Assembly (NCBI GenBank): GCA_017993235.1
Contig: JAGONC010000014.1
Location: forward strand, 7,149-71,148
Length of the DNA: 64,000 nt
Origin: Lentimicrobiaceae bacterium
GTDB lineage: Bacteria > Bacteroidota > Bacteroidia > Bacteroidales > JAGONC01
Direction: 5' to 3'
Position numbers and translations under genes: made by a program. Below, one piece after another: positions 1-10,982 of this stretch; position 1 is the first letter of the stretch, and each line of letters opens with the position of its first letter. The notes below the pieces were generated by a model. The model had not been told where the DNA came from. It saw only the letters and a list, made by a program, of their open reading frames with translations, and did not search any database.

Positions 1-1281
1 AAACCGTTCAAAGGTGCGCGGATCAGTGGTTCGCTGCATATGACCATCCAGACCGCAGTGTTGATCGAAACGCTGATCGAGCTGGGCGCGGACGTGCGAT
101 GGGCCAGCTGCAACATCTTCTCCACGCAGGATCATGCTGCGGCAGCCATTGCTGCAAGGGGCATACCGGTGTTTGCCTGGAAGGGTGAGACGCTGGATGA
201 ATACTGGTGGTGCACTGCGCAGGCGCTGACATTCCCGGGAAACAAGGGTCCTCACCTGGTCGTTGACGATGGTGGCGATGCCACCCTGATGATTCACCAG
301 GGATATGCGGCCGAAAACGATCCCGAATTGCTGAAACGGACCCCTGCAAATGAAGAGGAAGCAGCGATCCTGAAGCAGTTGAAGGAGTGGTTCATTGAAG
401 ATAAGACCAAATGGCACCGGACGGTGGCCGAATGGAAAGGGGTTTCGGAAGAGACCACCACCGGGGTGCACAGGCTCTACCAGATGATGGAGGCCGGCAC
501 ACTGCTGGCACCGGCCATCAATGTAAACGATTCGGTGACCAAGTCCAAATTTGACAACCTTTACGGATGCCGTGAATCACTGGCGGATGGACTGAAACGT
601 GCCACCGACGTGATGATTGCAGGCAAGGTGGTGGTTGTGCTCGGATACGGTGACGTGGGTAAAGGCTGCTCCAAATCCATGCGGTCATACGGAGCCAGGA
701 TCGTCATTACCGAAATTGATCCGATCTGCGCATTGCAGGCTGCCATGGAAGGTTTCCAGGTATCCACCATTGAAGATATCCTGCCGGAAGGCAACATCTT
801 TGTGACTGCCACCGGCAACCGGGACGTGATCACCCTCGAACATATGAAACGGATGAAAGACGAATCCATCGTCTGCAACATTGGCCACTTCGATAATGAG
901 ATCCAGGTGGACAAACTGAAAGCATACCCTGGCATTAAACGCACCAACATCAAACCTCAGGTGGATAAGTATACCTTCCCTGACGGACATTCCATTTACC
1001 TGCTGGCTGAAGGCCGGCTGGTAAATCTCGGTTGTGCCACCGGGCATCCTTCTTTTGTGATGAGCAACTCATTTACCAACCAGGTGCTGGCCCAGATGGA
1101 CCTCTGGAATAATCCCTATGAGATCGGGGTTTACCGTCTGCCTAAAAAACTGGATGAAGAAGTCGCCCGTCTGCACCTGGAACAACTGGGAGTGAAACTC
1201 ACCAAAATGACGCAGGAACAGGCTGATTACATCGGCGTGCCAAAAGATGGCCCCTACAAACCAGACCACTACAGGTACTGA
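1..1281 (+). CDS. ahcY: Adenosylhomocysteinase (S-adenosyl-L-homocysteine hydrolase), 5' end cut by the window edge
   Basis: Frame 1 is open from base 1 ([25 protein letters not shown]...), so the listed ATG at 40 is internal. NAD-binding [18 protein letters not shown] and a C-terminal ...PYKPDHYRY are typical of AhcY. TGA stop. Confidence 0.95.
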   Translation, partial: KPFKGARISGSLHMTIQTAVLIETLIELGADVRWASCNIFSTQDHAAAAIAARGIPVFAWKGETLDEYWWCTAQALTFPGNKGPHLVVDDGGDATLMIHQGYAAENDPELLKRTPANEEEAAILKQLKEWFIEDKTKWHRTVAEWKGVSEETTTGVHRLYQMMEAGTLLAPAINVNDSVTKSKFDNLYGCRESLADGLKRATDVMIAGKVVVVLGYGDVGKGCSKSMRSYGARIVITEIDPICALQAAMEGFQVSTIEDILPEGNIFVTATGNRDVITLEHMKRMKDESIVCNIGHFDNEIQVDKLKAYPGIKRTNIKPQVDKYTFPDGHSIYLLAEGRLVNLGCATGHPSFVMSNSFTNQVLAQMDLWNNPYEIGVYRLPKKLDEEVARLHLEQLGVKLTKMTQEQADYIGVPKDGPYKPDHYRY

Positions 1282-1288
1282 ATTCTAT

Positions 1289-1747
1289 CTAGTTAAATAT
1301 CCTCAGATACGTCCCATCATAGTATGTCAGGTACTGATAGAGCGGACAGGGGGAGGGACCTTCAAAGGGGGATCCGTCAACCATCAGATATCTTGACATG
1401 CAGCAGGAGTCGATGATGGTGATGCCGGAAGCCTCCACCACAAGTGCAGCACATCGGGTGATATCTCCACCCAGGCAACAGTCGTATGGATCATAGGGGC
1501 ACGTACGTTCAAAGGCGATGAATTCTTCGGTAAACGGTCGGTACACGATCAATCCCCTGCTTGGCTGGCTAGCCGACACATAAACATATCCTCCTATGGG
1601 AATATTATCCAGGGTGTTGGGTAACAATGTAATGTTAATATAGGTATCCGGGAAGTCCTGGCAGGGCTTCTCCTTATCGCAGGATAGCCCCTGAGCAAAC
1701 AGGATCAGTAAAAACAGGGCGATGATGGCTTCTGGTTTTCTGTACAT
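1289..1747 (-). CDS. Cys-rich lipoprotein with a degenerate Rieske-like C-terminal domain (hypothetical)
   Basis: Signal peptide with lipobox (LFAQGLSC). The C-terminal segment AFERTCPYD...DSCCMSRYLMVDGSPFEGPSPCPLYQY resembles the Rieske pattern CxH...CxxH...DG...GPa..pL..Y, but both His ligands are replaced. Confidence 0.5.
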   Translation of the reverse strand: MYRKPEAIIALFLLILFAQGLSCDKEKPCQDFPDTYINITLLPNTLDNIPIGGYVYVSASQPSRGLIVYRPFTEEFIAFERTCPYDPYDCCLGGDITRCAALVVEASGITIIDSCCMSRYLMVDGSPFEGPSPCPLYQYLTYYDGTYLRIFN

Positions 1748-1855
1748 TGGGATGATTAGCTTACCAAAGTCGAAACATCAATAATAAAGTTAAAACCACC
1801 GGTTTAATTTCTTTAATCCGTCAAAAATACTAATTTCGTCTGGTAAATTGGAAAA

Positions 1856-2203
1856 ATGTTACTGAACATAAACCTGAAGATAACGGTTGGCAGGATTATA
1901 CCCTGGGTATTGTTCCTCCTGTTGTTTTCAGGCTGTCAGGTAATGCAATCCTGGAGAATTGAGCGAATCAACCGGATACCGGAGAAGAATGCCATCAGGG
2001 AAGAAAAGCTCGCTGAAAAAGAGATCATCATGCAGCAAAAACAATTCGATAAAGATTATCAGTATGCCCTGAAATCGCACAAAAAAAAACAATCCGATGC
2101 AACCCTGGCACATATGAAATACCTGAAAAAACGCTCAGCCTATGTCAACCGGCATAGAAAAAGATCATTTTGCGACCGCCTGTTCAATCCATCATGCAGA
2201 TGA
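1856..2203 (+). CDS. Small basic lipoprotein (hypothetical)
   Basis: ATG start, hydrophobic N-terminus ending in lipobox LFSGC, Lys/Arg-rich remainder. No recognisable domain. Confidence 0.4.
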   Translation: MLLNINLKITVGRIIPWVLFLLLFSGCQVMQSWRIERINRIPEKNAIREEKLAEKEIIMQQKQFDKDYQYALKSHKKKQSDATLAHMKYLKKRSAYVNRHRKRSFCDRLFNPSCR

Positions 2204-2320
2204 TTGGACCGATAGGGCATTTTTAACATAAAGCGGGCTGTTTACTGTTTTTTCATTTCCGTTTCGGTAAAAACTACTATATTTACCCAATTGAATTTTC
2301 GAACCATCAAAACAACCGTC

Positions 2321-2785
2321 ATGGAAGATTGGATCTATATTTTGCTGGGCATCGTCTGGATTGTCTATGCAGCATACAGAAGCAACCAGAAACAGAAAAA
2401 AAAGGTAACGGCTCCCCCACAGCATGCGTCTCCGCCACAACCCGCTGCTGATCATCAACCTTCGACCCTGGAGACTGTTTTTCAGGAGATCCTGGGAGAG
2501 AGTGCTTCGCTGGAAACAACATACCCGGTTGAGGCTGAATCCTATGATGAAAGAACCATTCAGGAATTGGAACTGGAGAAGAGGCTTTACAACAAACAGG
2601 AGATCCCGCTGGAAACCATTCCCACAGAGGAGGGGATTAGTGCCTTCAGGTATGACGGGGACAAAACGACGGTCTTTCTTTCCGGCGGAGATGAAGAAGA
2701 CACCGCTGTTTCTAAGGAATTTCTTCCCTTTGACCTAAGGAAAGCCATCCTGTATTCGGAGATCATGAACAGGCCCTATCGCTAA
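2321..2785 (+). CDS. Membrane-anchored acidic protein (hypothetical)
   Basis: The track ORF starts at TTG 2291. An in-frame ATG at 2321 gives MEDWIYILLGIVWIVYAAY (one TM helix), then KQKKK and a Pro/Glu-rich tail. No recognisable domain. Confidence 0.4.
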   Translation: MEDWIYILLGIVWIVYAAYRSNQKQKKKVTAPPQHASPPQPAADHQPSTLETVFQEILGESASLETTYPVEAESYDERTIQELELEKRLYNKQEIPLETIPTEEGISAFRYDGDKTTVFLSGGDEEDTAVSKEFLPFDLRKAILYSEIMNRPYR

Positions 2786-2887
2786 ATTTGAGGGTAGTCG
2801 GATAAAAAATTTGGATGGAAAAATTTTTTATTACTAACTTTACCAACTTTTTGAATCGTTTGATTAGCTATAATAAAACTGTAAGGT

Positions 2888-5800
2888 ATGATGAGAAATT
2901 TACTGTTAAGTGTGGGGTTTTTCCTTGCTGCCAGCCTGGTGGTGTATTCCCAGTCGGGAACATTGAAAGGTCGGATCATTGATAAAGATTCGAAAGAACC
3001 AATACCGTTCTGCAACATTATCGTTGAAGTGACAGGGGCTCAGAAAGGAGGTGCCACATCGGACTTTGACGGGAATTATACGATCAAACCCATCAATCCG
3101 GGAACGTATGATGTAAAGGCTACATACGTTGGCTACAAACCCAAGATGGTTATCGGGGTGATCATCAGGGCCGATAAGATCACCTTCCTCGATATTGAAA
3201 TGGAAGCGACAACGGTAACCCTGGAAACATTTGAGGTTATTGACTATAAAGTTCCTCTTATCAGCAAGGACCAGACCTCATCGGGGGGTACGGTGACGGC
3301 CGAAGAAATCTCCAAAATGCCGAACAAATCAGCTGCTGCAGTAGCGACCACCGTGGGAGGCGTTTACTCGGCAGATGGTGAAGTGGGAAGTATCCGGGGA
3401 CAGCGCTCCGAAAATACCATTTACTATATTGATGGTATTCGTGTCACAGGGTCCACTGCCCTTCCTGAATCAGCCATCGACCAGGTTTCGGTCGTATTGG
3501 GTGGAATTCCCGCACAGTACGGAGATGCCACGGGGGGTATCATCAACGTCACCACAAAAGGACCTTCCCGTAAATTCGGAATGGGCATTGAAGCTCAGAC
3601 CTCACAGTACCTTGATCCCTATGGTTACAACCGGGTTGGGGTGAACCTTAACGGGCCCCTGATCAAAAGTAAGGACCCCAGCAAGAATGTTTCCCTTCTC
3701 GGCTACTTCATCGCCGGTGAATTCATTTATAACCAGGATGGAAGACCTTCAGCCACTGACCTGTACAAGGTGAAGGATGATGTGCTGGCCTCGCTGGAGG
3801 AAACACCCCTCCGCCCGACTGGAACAGGCTCGGGAACCTATTACAACTCATACTTTCTGCGCATGAGCGACATGGAAAAAATCAATTCCTCCCTGAATTC
3901 CTCAAACTATCAGATCAATGTTTCCGGTAAGATCGACGTCCGTACTTCACCCACCGTCGACCTCTCCTTCGGAGGCAATTATTCAATGTATGATTCCGAT
4001 AATTACAACTTTTTCCACTCGCTGACCAATTACAACAACAACAGCCATTCCTATGGGAATACCTGGAGGGTGTTTGGTAAGTTCACCCAGCGGTTCCCGG
4101 CAGATAAAGACAGCAAATCGCTGATCAAAAATGTATTCTATACCATCCAGGCAGACTACACGAAGACGATGGATGTCGATGAAGATGCAAGACACCGCGA
4201 TGATCTGTTCAGCTATGGATATATCGGTAAGTTCACCACCTACAAAACCCGTAATTATACGTCAACGCAGGAATATGATCCTGTGGCAGGGCTCTATGGT
4301 TATCTGATGGATAACTGGCAGGATACACTGTATACCTATGAGCCGGGAACGGCAAACCCAATCCTGGCCAATTATACCAGCCAGTACTATGATATGCATC
4401 CCTATATTCCAAACCGGAACAGTGTCATCCTGAGCGAAGGAGGTATTTTGAACGGAAGAGGGCCCGAGGACATTTACAGCCTGTGGGCTAATCCCGGTGC
4501 ACTCCAGAGTGGGTATGGTAAGAGCGATTCGGAACAAATCGGTATCGACCTGATGGCATCGGCAGATATCGGCAACCATGCCATACAGTTCGGACTTCAA
4601 TACCAGCAAAGGGCATACAACGGGTATAATGTCGATCCTACCCAGTTCTGGTCAAAGATGGTTCAGACCACTAACTGGCACATCCGCGAACTTGACCTGT
4701 TGAATCCCCAGCCGGTGTTCATTGACGGCATCTTTCAGGATACCATCAATTACTACAGGAAATATGATGCGAATTCCCAGTTCTATTTCGACAAGCAACT
4801 CCGGCAGGCGATGGGACTTGCGATGGATGGACTGGACTGGATCGATGTCGAATCTTATGATGTTAATACCCATACGCTCTATTATTTTGACAAGGATGGC
4901 GTGCAACGCCAGGCCGTTCTCGAAGACGGACTGAATATCAACATGTTCAGTCCTGATGAACTGCTCAATGAAGGAGACCAGATCGTGGGATATTACGGCT
5001 ATGATGCTTATGGTAATAAATTGAAGGACAAACCCACTTTTGAGGATTTTTTCACCCAGAAAGATGAAAACGGTAATTATACCCGTGCGATCGCTGCCTA
5101 TGAACCCATCTATATGGCCGGATATATTCAGGATGTTTTCGCTTTCAGGGATCTGATCTTCAACGTTGGATTGCGCGTCGACCGGTTTGATGCCAACCAG
5201 AAAGTTTTAAAGGACAAGTATGTGCTTTATCCTGCCAAAACCGTCAAGGAAGTGAGTGACTTTGGCAGTCATCCTTCCAACATGGGACCGGATTATGTAG
5301 TGTATGTGGACAATGTCACCAACCCCACCAAAATCATGGGATACCGTGACGAAGGAGTATGGTACAATGCAAAAGGAGTTGAAGTGGTTGACCCTGAAGC
5401 TGAACTGAATGCAGGCAATGGGGTTTCACCTTACCTTGTAGATCCCAATAATCGTACGATACAGGCTGAAGCCTTTGAGGATTATGAACCTGCCCTGAAT
5501 TTTATGCCCAGGATCGCCTTCTCCTTCCCCATATCCGATGAGGCCTTATTCTATGCCCATTACGACATTTTAACACAGCGGCCCACCAGTAACTTCTTCT
5601 CATCGCCTACGGATTACTATTTCTGGGAGGTGAGGGGGAATCCTACCATTAACAATCCCGACCTGCGTCCGGAAAAGACGATCGATTACGAACTTGGTTT
5701 CCAGCAAAAACTGGGACCTACCTCCTCCCTGAACCTATCAGCCTTTTACAGGGAAGTCAGGGATAAGATCCAGAGCTACCGTTTTACAGGAGCCTATCCG

Positions 5801-6580
5801 ACAACCTATTATTCGTATAACAACATTGACTTTGGAACCATCAAGGGTTTGACGGTAACCTATGACCTGCGGCGTACGAATAACGCGAGAGTCCGTGCCA
5901 GTTATACCCTGCAGTTTGCCGACGGAACCGGCAGCAATCCCGAGACTGCCCAGGCTTTCATCCGTTCGGGGCAGCCAAACCTGCGTACGCTGAATCCCCT
6001 GGATATTGACCAGCGACACCGTATCAACCTTTCCTTCGACTACCGCTGGGGTGAAGGTGCGGAATATAATGGTCCGGTAACGCGCAAACAGGCAAAAGAC
6101 TCCGACAATGTAAGAAACATCAAATGGCTGGAAAACACGGGGATCAACATTACCCTGTTTGGTGGATCCGGAACACCGTATACCCGTTCTTCCGAGATCT
6201 ATCCCGCTCTTATCCAGAATAACCTGGTTATCCAGGGTTCGCTTAACGGATCCCGCCTGCCGTGGTCGTTCAGAATGGATGCCAGGGTTGACCGCGATAT
6301 CCGTATCGGTGTCGGAAAGGGGGAAAACCACAGGAATACCTATATGAACGTGTATTTGCAGGTACTGAATGTTCTCAATGCCAATAATATCCTTAACGTT
6401 TATCCTGCCACCGGTAATCCGGATGACGATGGCTACCTTGCTGCCGATGAATGGCAAACTCAGATCAATCAACAACTTAACCCGGAATCCTACCGCGAAC
6501 TGTATGAACTGGCACTCGACCGTCCAGGAAATTACAGTTCACCGAGAAAAATCCGGATTGGATTGATTTATAATTTCTAA
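2888..6580 (+). CDS. TonB-dependent-receptor-like outer-membrane barrel with N-terminal CarboxypepD_reg-like domain (1230 aa)
   Basis: Signal peptide. A CarboxypepD_reg-like beta-sandwich (GTLKGRIIDKDSKEPIPFCNIIV...GNYTIKPINPGTYDVKATYVGYK). Plug-like segment (IRGQRSENTIYYIDGIRV...IPAQYGDATGGIINVTTK). Long barrel ending in the OMP signature ...RIGLIYNF. No SusD-like gene follows. Confidence 0.85.
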   Translation: MMRNLLLSVGFFLAASLVVYSQSGTLKGRIIDKDSKEPIPFCNIIVEVTGAQKGGATSDFDGNYTIKPINPGTYDVKATYVGYKPKMVIGVIIRADKITFLDIEMEATTVTLETFEVIDYKVPLISKDQTSSGGTVTAEEISKMPNKSAAAVATTVGGVYSADGEVGSIRGQRSENTIYYIDGIRVTGSTALPESAIDQVSVVLGGIPAQYGDATGGIINVTTKGPSRKFGMGIEAQTSQYLDPYGYNRVGVNLNGPLIKSKDPSKNVSLLGYFIAGEFIYNQDGRPSATDLYKVKDDVLASLEETPLRPTGTGSGTYYNSYFLRMSDMEKINSSLNSSNYQINVSGKIDVRTSPTVDLSFGGNYSMYDSDNYNFFHSLTNYNNNSHSYGNTWRVFGKFTQRFPADKDSKSLIKNVFYTIQADYTKTMDVDEDARHRDDLFSYGYIGKFTTYKTRNYTSTQEYDPVAGLYGYLMDNWQDTLYTYEPGTANPILANYTSQYYDMHPYIPNRNSVILSEGGILNGRGPEDIYSLWANPGALQSGYGKSDSEQIGIDLMASADIGNHAIQFGLQYQQRAYNGYNVDPTQFWSKMVQTTNWHIRELDLLNPQPVFIDGIFQDTINYYRKYDANSQFYFDKQLRQAMGLAMDGLDWIDVESYDVNTHTLYYFDKDGVQRQAVLEDGLNINMFSPDELLNEGDQIVGYYGYDAYGNKLKDKPTFEDFFTQKDENGNYTRAIAAYEPIYMAGYIQDVFAFRDLIFNVGLRVDRFDANQKVLKDKYVLYPAKTVKEVSDFGSHPSNMGPDYVVYVDNVTNPTKIMGYRDEGVWYNAKGVEVVDPEAELNAGNGVSPYLVDPNNRTIQAEAFEDYEPALNFMPRIAFSFPISDEALFYAHYDILTQRPTSNFFSSPTDYYFWEVRGNPTINNPDLRPEKTIDYELGFQQKLGPTSSLNLSAFYREVRDKIQSYRFTGAYPTTYYSYNNIDFGTIKGLTVTYDLRRTNNARVRASYTLQFADGTGSNPETAQAFIRSGQPNLRTLNPLDIDQRHRINLSFDYRWGEGAEYNGPVTRKQAKDSDNVRNIKWLENTGINITLFGGSGTPYTRSSEIYPALIQNNLVIQGSLNGSRLPWSFRMDARVDRDIRIGVGKGENHRNTYMNVYLQVLNVLNANNILNVYPATGNPDDDGYLAADEWQTQINQQLNPESYRELYELALDRPGNYSSPRKIRIGLIYNF

Positions 6581-6617
6581 TGCTTACACTTTACGAAAAT
6601 CAATAATTCGCAGTAAT

Positions 6618-9600
6618 ATGAAAAATAGATTCCGATATGGTTTGATTGCGCTGATTGGTCTTTTCCTTCTTACCGAATACAGTTATGCAGATAAAGTACC
6701 GGTTCCGGAAGGCTCAAAAAAAGCAGCCCAGTTAAAATCGACGGCAGCAGGGTGCTTACCGGGAGCTGGATTTAAATATTTGGATATCAATAATGTCCGG
6801 ACCAGGATCAATACAGGGGGGGATATGTGGTGGAACTTTGAGGATGCCGATTATGAGATCCCCAAAAAATCAGGGAAAATGTCGATGTTCTCTGCTTCGT
6901 TATGGATCGGTGGCATTGACGTGAACGACCAGCTCAAGCTGGCTGCCATCCGGTACCGGCAGGGGCCTGATTTCGGTGGAGGAAACGATTACTGGCCTGG
7001 TCCCCTCACGGTGGATGGCACGGCTTCCATTACCGAAGATATCTGCTCACAATGGGACAAGCTGTTTCCCATTACCCGGGCTGAGGTCGACCAGTACCTT
7101 GCGTGGTGGGACGCGAAAAGCGATTTTCCTGAATATACGATCCCCACATCGATCATCGACTGGCCCGCTCATGGTGATGTATCCAAAAACCAGAGTTATT
7201 ACCTGGCTCCCTTCTATGATCGCGATGGCGACGGGAACTATGATCCCTATCAGGGCGACTATCCCTACTACGATGTCTCCAATGTACTCTGCAAGAGCGA
7301 TTTACCTCCTATGGAAGGGATTGGTATCCTGGCCGACCAGGTCATCAAGGGCGACCAAACTCTCTGGTGGGTCTTTAACGACAAGGGAAATATCCACACG
7401 GAAACCGAGGGAGATCCTATCGGAATGGAAATACGGGGCCAGGCATTTGGTTTCACGACAAACGATGAAATCAATAACATGACCTTTTACAGTTATGAAA
7501 TCATCAACCGGTCTACTTTCGTTCTGCGTGACACCTATTTCAGTCAGTGGGTTGATACGGACCTGGGCTATGCACAGGACGATTACGTAGGGTGCGATGT
7601 GGACAGGGGTCTTGGATATTGCTATAATGGTACTGCAGTGGACGGCTCAGGGCAGGCATGGGCGTATGGAAGCCAACCACCTGCCATCGGAGTCGACTTT
7701 TTCCAGGGTCCGTATATGGATCCTGACGGTAAGGACAATCCAGCCTTTGAAGGGAATTGCTCACTGGTGACCAGCCCTGATACCCTCGACCAGATGGCCA
7801 TCAATGGAGTGAACTTCGGTGACGGTATCGTGGATAACGAACGGTTCGGGATGCGCCGGTTTGTCTATCATAATAACTCGGGTGTTGCGGAATATATGAC
7901 CGACCCGGATTATGCCCCGGAATACTATAACTTCCTCCGGGGTATATGGAAAGATGGAACGAAAATGATGTATGGTGGAAATGCGCATATATCATCAGGG
8001 GCGTATGGTCCCGAGTGTGACTTCATGTTCCCGGGAGATTCCGATCCCTGCTTCTGGGGTACAAAAGGCAATCCGCCCAATGGAGATATTTACTGGACCG
8101 AAGTCACGGCCGGGAATAATCCCCACGACCGGAGGTTCATGCAATCGGCCGGACCGTTCCTTCTGGAACCGGGTGCCGTTAACTATATCACCGTGGGAAT
8201 TCCTTGGGCCAAAGCCTCTTCAGGCGGCGCCTGGGCCTCTGTGGAATTGTTGCGCGTGACCGATGACAAATGCCAGGCATTGTTTGATAACTGCTTCCAG
8301 GTAGTCAACGGACCCAATGCACCGGATCTGACCATCCGGGAACTTGACCAGACCTTGATCTTCTATATCACCAACCGTAAAACCAACGATGCCGGGAACA
8401 ATTTCAATGAAAGCTATGAGGAGATCGATCCGAACATCAAGAGCCCGGATGAACTTACAGGAAACAACCGCTTTGACTCCACCTACAACTTCGAGGGTTA
8501 CCAGGTATACCAGCTGGCAAACTCCAGTGTGTCGGTAGCCGACATCAAAAATCCCGACCTCGCACGGCAGGTATTCCAGTGCGACGTTAAAAACGGTGTG
8601 GGGCAACTCGTTAATTATTATTTTGATCAGGCACTGGGAGGAAATGTCCCTGTTGAAGAGGTCAATGGATCAGATGCAGGAATCAACCATACCTTCGTCC
8701 TTACAATTGATGCATTCTCCCAAGAACGCTTTGTGAACCATAAACAGTACTATTTCCTTGCACTGGCCTATGGATTCAACCAATTCATGATCTACAGCCA
8801 GGATCCGGGCGCCCAGGAGCAATACATTATGGGATTGGATGGACAGAAAGAACCGTACCTGGCAGGCCGTAAGAATATCAAAGTGTACACGGGCATCCCC
8901 CATAAAACCGTGGGGACGATATCAGCACAGGCAGATTTCGGAGCCATCCCGAGTATTACCCGTCTTTCCGGCCAGGGTAACGGAGCAAACAACCTGGAAC
9001 TGACCCAGGAAAGCATTGATAAAATTCTGGCCCAACCGCCGGTAAACTGGGCAGACTCAACCGGTGGCAATATTTATGGAACCCCTACGTATCCGATCAA
9101 TTACCAACCGGAATACAAGGCCAATGCAGGACCGATCCAGGTCAGGATCATCGATCCGCTGAATGTCAAAACAGGAACATACCGGGTGGAATTTGATTCA
9201 CTTTACCGGATGAAGATCCAAAATGTTACCAAGGATCCTAACACCATCGGGGATACAGCCTCCAAAATGGTTGCAAAATGGCGCCTGATCGATGAGGTGA
9301 CCCTCAAAACCTATGTAGCAGATACCAACATATCCTATAATAACGAACAACTCTTCCTTGACCTTGGATTTTCCATCCTTGTCTACCAGTCCTATTTACC
9401 CGGAACCTTCAAAGTAGGGATCGACGGAGACCAAAATGATGTTTATGCCGTACTACAGACAAACAGTGGACTTCTGGGAGGCACCATGGTGTTTGCCGAC
9501 AGCACCAGGAGATGGCTCAGCGGACTGCCCGATGATGATAATCCCTGGGCACAGAACTGGATCCGTTCCGGCGAATTCACTGATCCGGACAATCCTGCCT

Positions 9601-10928
9601 ACAACGACTGGAATATGTACATTGGAACAGATGGCACACCCGAAGGAAGGTCCTTTGACCCGGATGCCAGCTATGAAACCGTTCTGGACGGCACATGGGC
9701 ACCTTACAGCCTGTGTGCATCCAGCGTACAAAATATTGCCGGACCCGCTTTTGGAGGCGGAAAAGTGGCCAATCAGTCGAAAATCACCATGAATCTATCC
9801 GACATAGCCAGCGTGGATATCGTCGTTACATCCGATAAATCGAAATGGACCCGTTGCCCGGTGATTGAAATGTGCCATGATCCCAAACTGGCCGAAGGAA
9901 GGGTGGCACAGTTCGATGTCCGAGCCGGTCGTTCAGTGGATAAGGATGGCAATCCCACCCCGGCGGGTGTGACGGAAGCCAGTGAAAATCCCGAGGATCC
10001 GAACTACATCAACGCCACCGGAATGGGATGGTTTCCGGGTTATGCCATCAATATAGAAACCGGTGAACGGTTGAACATGGCCTTCAGCGAAGATTCCTGG
10101 CTGGTGAATGAAAATGGCCGGGATATGCTGTGGAATCCCACCTCAACCATGTGGGATTTTACCGATCCCATGAATACCCGACCGATCTTCGGCGGAAAAC
10201 ATTATGTATACGTATTCAGCCATCTTTACAACCGCTACAATGAAAGTGGCACCTATTTACATATCTTCGATATGCCGGCCTATGATGCTGGGAAAAGGCT
10301 CAGGGAAGGCATCCAGGATGATTATCTGCAGATCGGGAAAGCCATCTTTTACTCCTGCTGCATGTGGGTGAACATTCCCCTGGCTGTCCCGGGAGAAGAA
10401 TGGTTATCCAATGATGTCCAGATTAAGCTGCGCATCACAAAACCCTACGGCAGGTATTACTCAACCCCGCTGACGGATACAGTCTATTATCCCGATTCAT
10501 CCTATTTTGTGCTGAGCGATGAGCTTAAATTCAATAATTTTTATCCGGCTTACCGCTTCAGTACCGAAGGACTTGAAACGCTGACCAATGATGTGGAAAA
10601 AGCCAAGACCGACCTGGATCTCATTAACATTGTGCCGAATCCGTACTATGGTTATTCCCCCTACGAAACCAATCAGCTTGACAATCGGGTGAAAATCACT
10701 AACCTGCCACAACGCTGCACGGTTTCTATTTACACCATGAGCGGCACCCTGATCCGGCAATTTACCAAGGATGACTCCAAGACATCCATCGACTGGAACC
10801 TGCAAAATTATGCGGGAATCCCGGTAGCCAGCGGAATCTACCTGATCCATGTCAAAGCCGATGGCATCGGTGAAAGAACGCTCAAATGGTTCGGATCCCT
10901 GCGGCCTGTTGACCTGAATGCATTCTGA
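6618..10928 (+). CDS. Very large secreted protein (1436 aa) with a T9SS type-A C-terminal sorting domain; function unknown
   Basis: Signal peptide (LIALIGLFLLTEYSYA). The last ~105 aa match the T9SS CTD pattern (IVPNPYY...VKITNLP..CTVSIYTMSGTLIRQF...ASGIYLIHVKADG..RTLKWFG). A Ca-binding-like DRDGDGNYDPYQGD is present. I see no HExxH, GDSGG or other catalytic motif. Confidence 0.8.
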   Translation: MKNRFRYGLIALIGLFLLTEYSYADKVPVPEGSKKAAQLKSTAAGCLPGAGFKYLDINNVRTRINTGGDMWWNFEDADYEIPKKSGKMSMFSASLWIGGIDVNDQLKLAAIRYRQGPDFGGGNDYWPGPLTVDGTASITEDICSQWDKLFPITRAEVDQYLAWWDAKSDFPEYTIPTSIIDWPAHGDVSKNQSYYLAPFYDRDGDGNYDPYQGDYPYYDVSNVLCKSDLPPMEGIGILADQVIKGDQTLWWVFNDKGNIHTETEGDPIGMEIRGQAFGFTTNDEINNMTFYSYEIINRSTFVLRDTYFSQWVDTDLGYAQDDYVGCDVDRGLGYCYNGTAVDGSGQAWAYGSQPPAIGVDFFQGPYMDPDGKDNPAFEGNCSLVTSPDTLDQMAINGVNFGDGIVDNERFGMRRFVYHNNSGVAEYMTDPDYAPEYYNFLRGIWKDGTKMMYGGNAHISSGAYGPECDFMFPGDSDPCFWGTKGNPPNGDIYWTEVTAGNNPHDRRFMQSAGPFLLEPGAVNYITVGIPWAKASSGGAWASVELLRVTDDKCQALFDNCFQVVNGPNAPDLTIRELDQTLIFYITNRKTNDAGNNFNESYEEIDPNIKSPDELTGNNRFDSTYNFEGYQVYQLANSSVSVADIKNPDLARQVFQCDVKNGVGQLVNYYFDQALGGNVPVEEVNGSDAGINHTFVLTIDAFSQERFVNHKQYYFLALAYGFNQFMIYSQDPGAQEQYIMGLDGQKEPYLAGRKNIKVYTGIPHKTVGTISAQADFGAIPSITRLSGQGNGANNLELTQESIDKILAQPPVNWADSTGGNIYGTPTYPINYQPEYKANAGPIQVRIIDPLNVKTGTYRVEFDSLYRMKIQNVTKDPNTIGDTASKMVAKWRLIDEVTLKTYVADTNISYNNEQLFLDLGFSILVYQSYLPGTFKVGIDGDQNDVYAVLQTNSGLLGGTMVFADSTRRWLSGLPDDDNPWAQNWIRSGEFTDPDNPAYNDWNMYIGTDGTPEGRSFDPDASYETVLDGTWAPYSLCASSVQNIAGPAFGGGKVANQSKITMNLSDIASVDIVVTSDKSKWTRCPVIEMCHDPKLAEGRVAQFDVRAGRSVDKDGNPTPAGVTEASENPEDPNYINATGMGWFPGYAINIETGERLNMAFSEDSWLVNENGRDMLWNPTSTMWDFTDPMNTRPIFGGKHYVYVFSHLYNRYNESGTYLHIFDMPAYDAGKRLREGIQDDYLQIGKAIFYSCCMWVNIPLAVPGEEWLSNDVQIKLRITKPYGRYYSTPLTDTVYYPDSSYFVLSDELKFNNFYPAYRFSTEGLETLTNDVEKAKTDLDLINIVPNPYYGYSPYETNQLDNRVKITNLPQRCTVSIYTMSGTLIRQFTKDDSKTSIDWNLQNYAGIPVASGIYLIHVKADGIGERTLKWFGSLRPVDLNAF

Positions 10929-10982
10929 TACTCTGTACCGATAAATGAAACATAAAGAATATAACCTGTAAATCAATCAAAT

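Noticed and set aside
2888-10928. SusC/SusD-type polysaccharide utilisation locus
   Set aside because: The gene after the TonB-receptor-like barrel is a 1436-aa T9SS-CTD protein, not a ~500-600-aa SusD lipoprotein. No hybrid two-component or ECF/anti-sigma regulator is adjacent.
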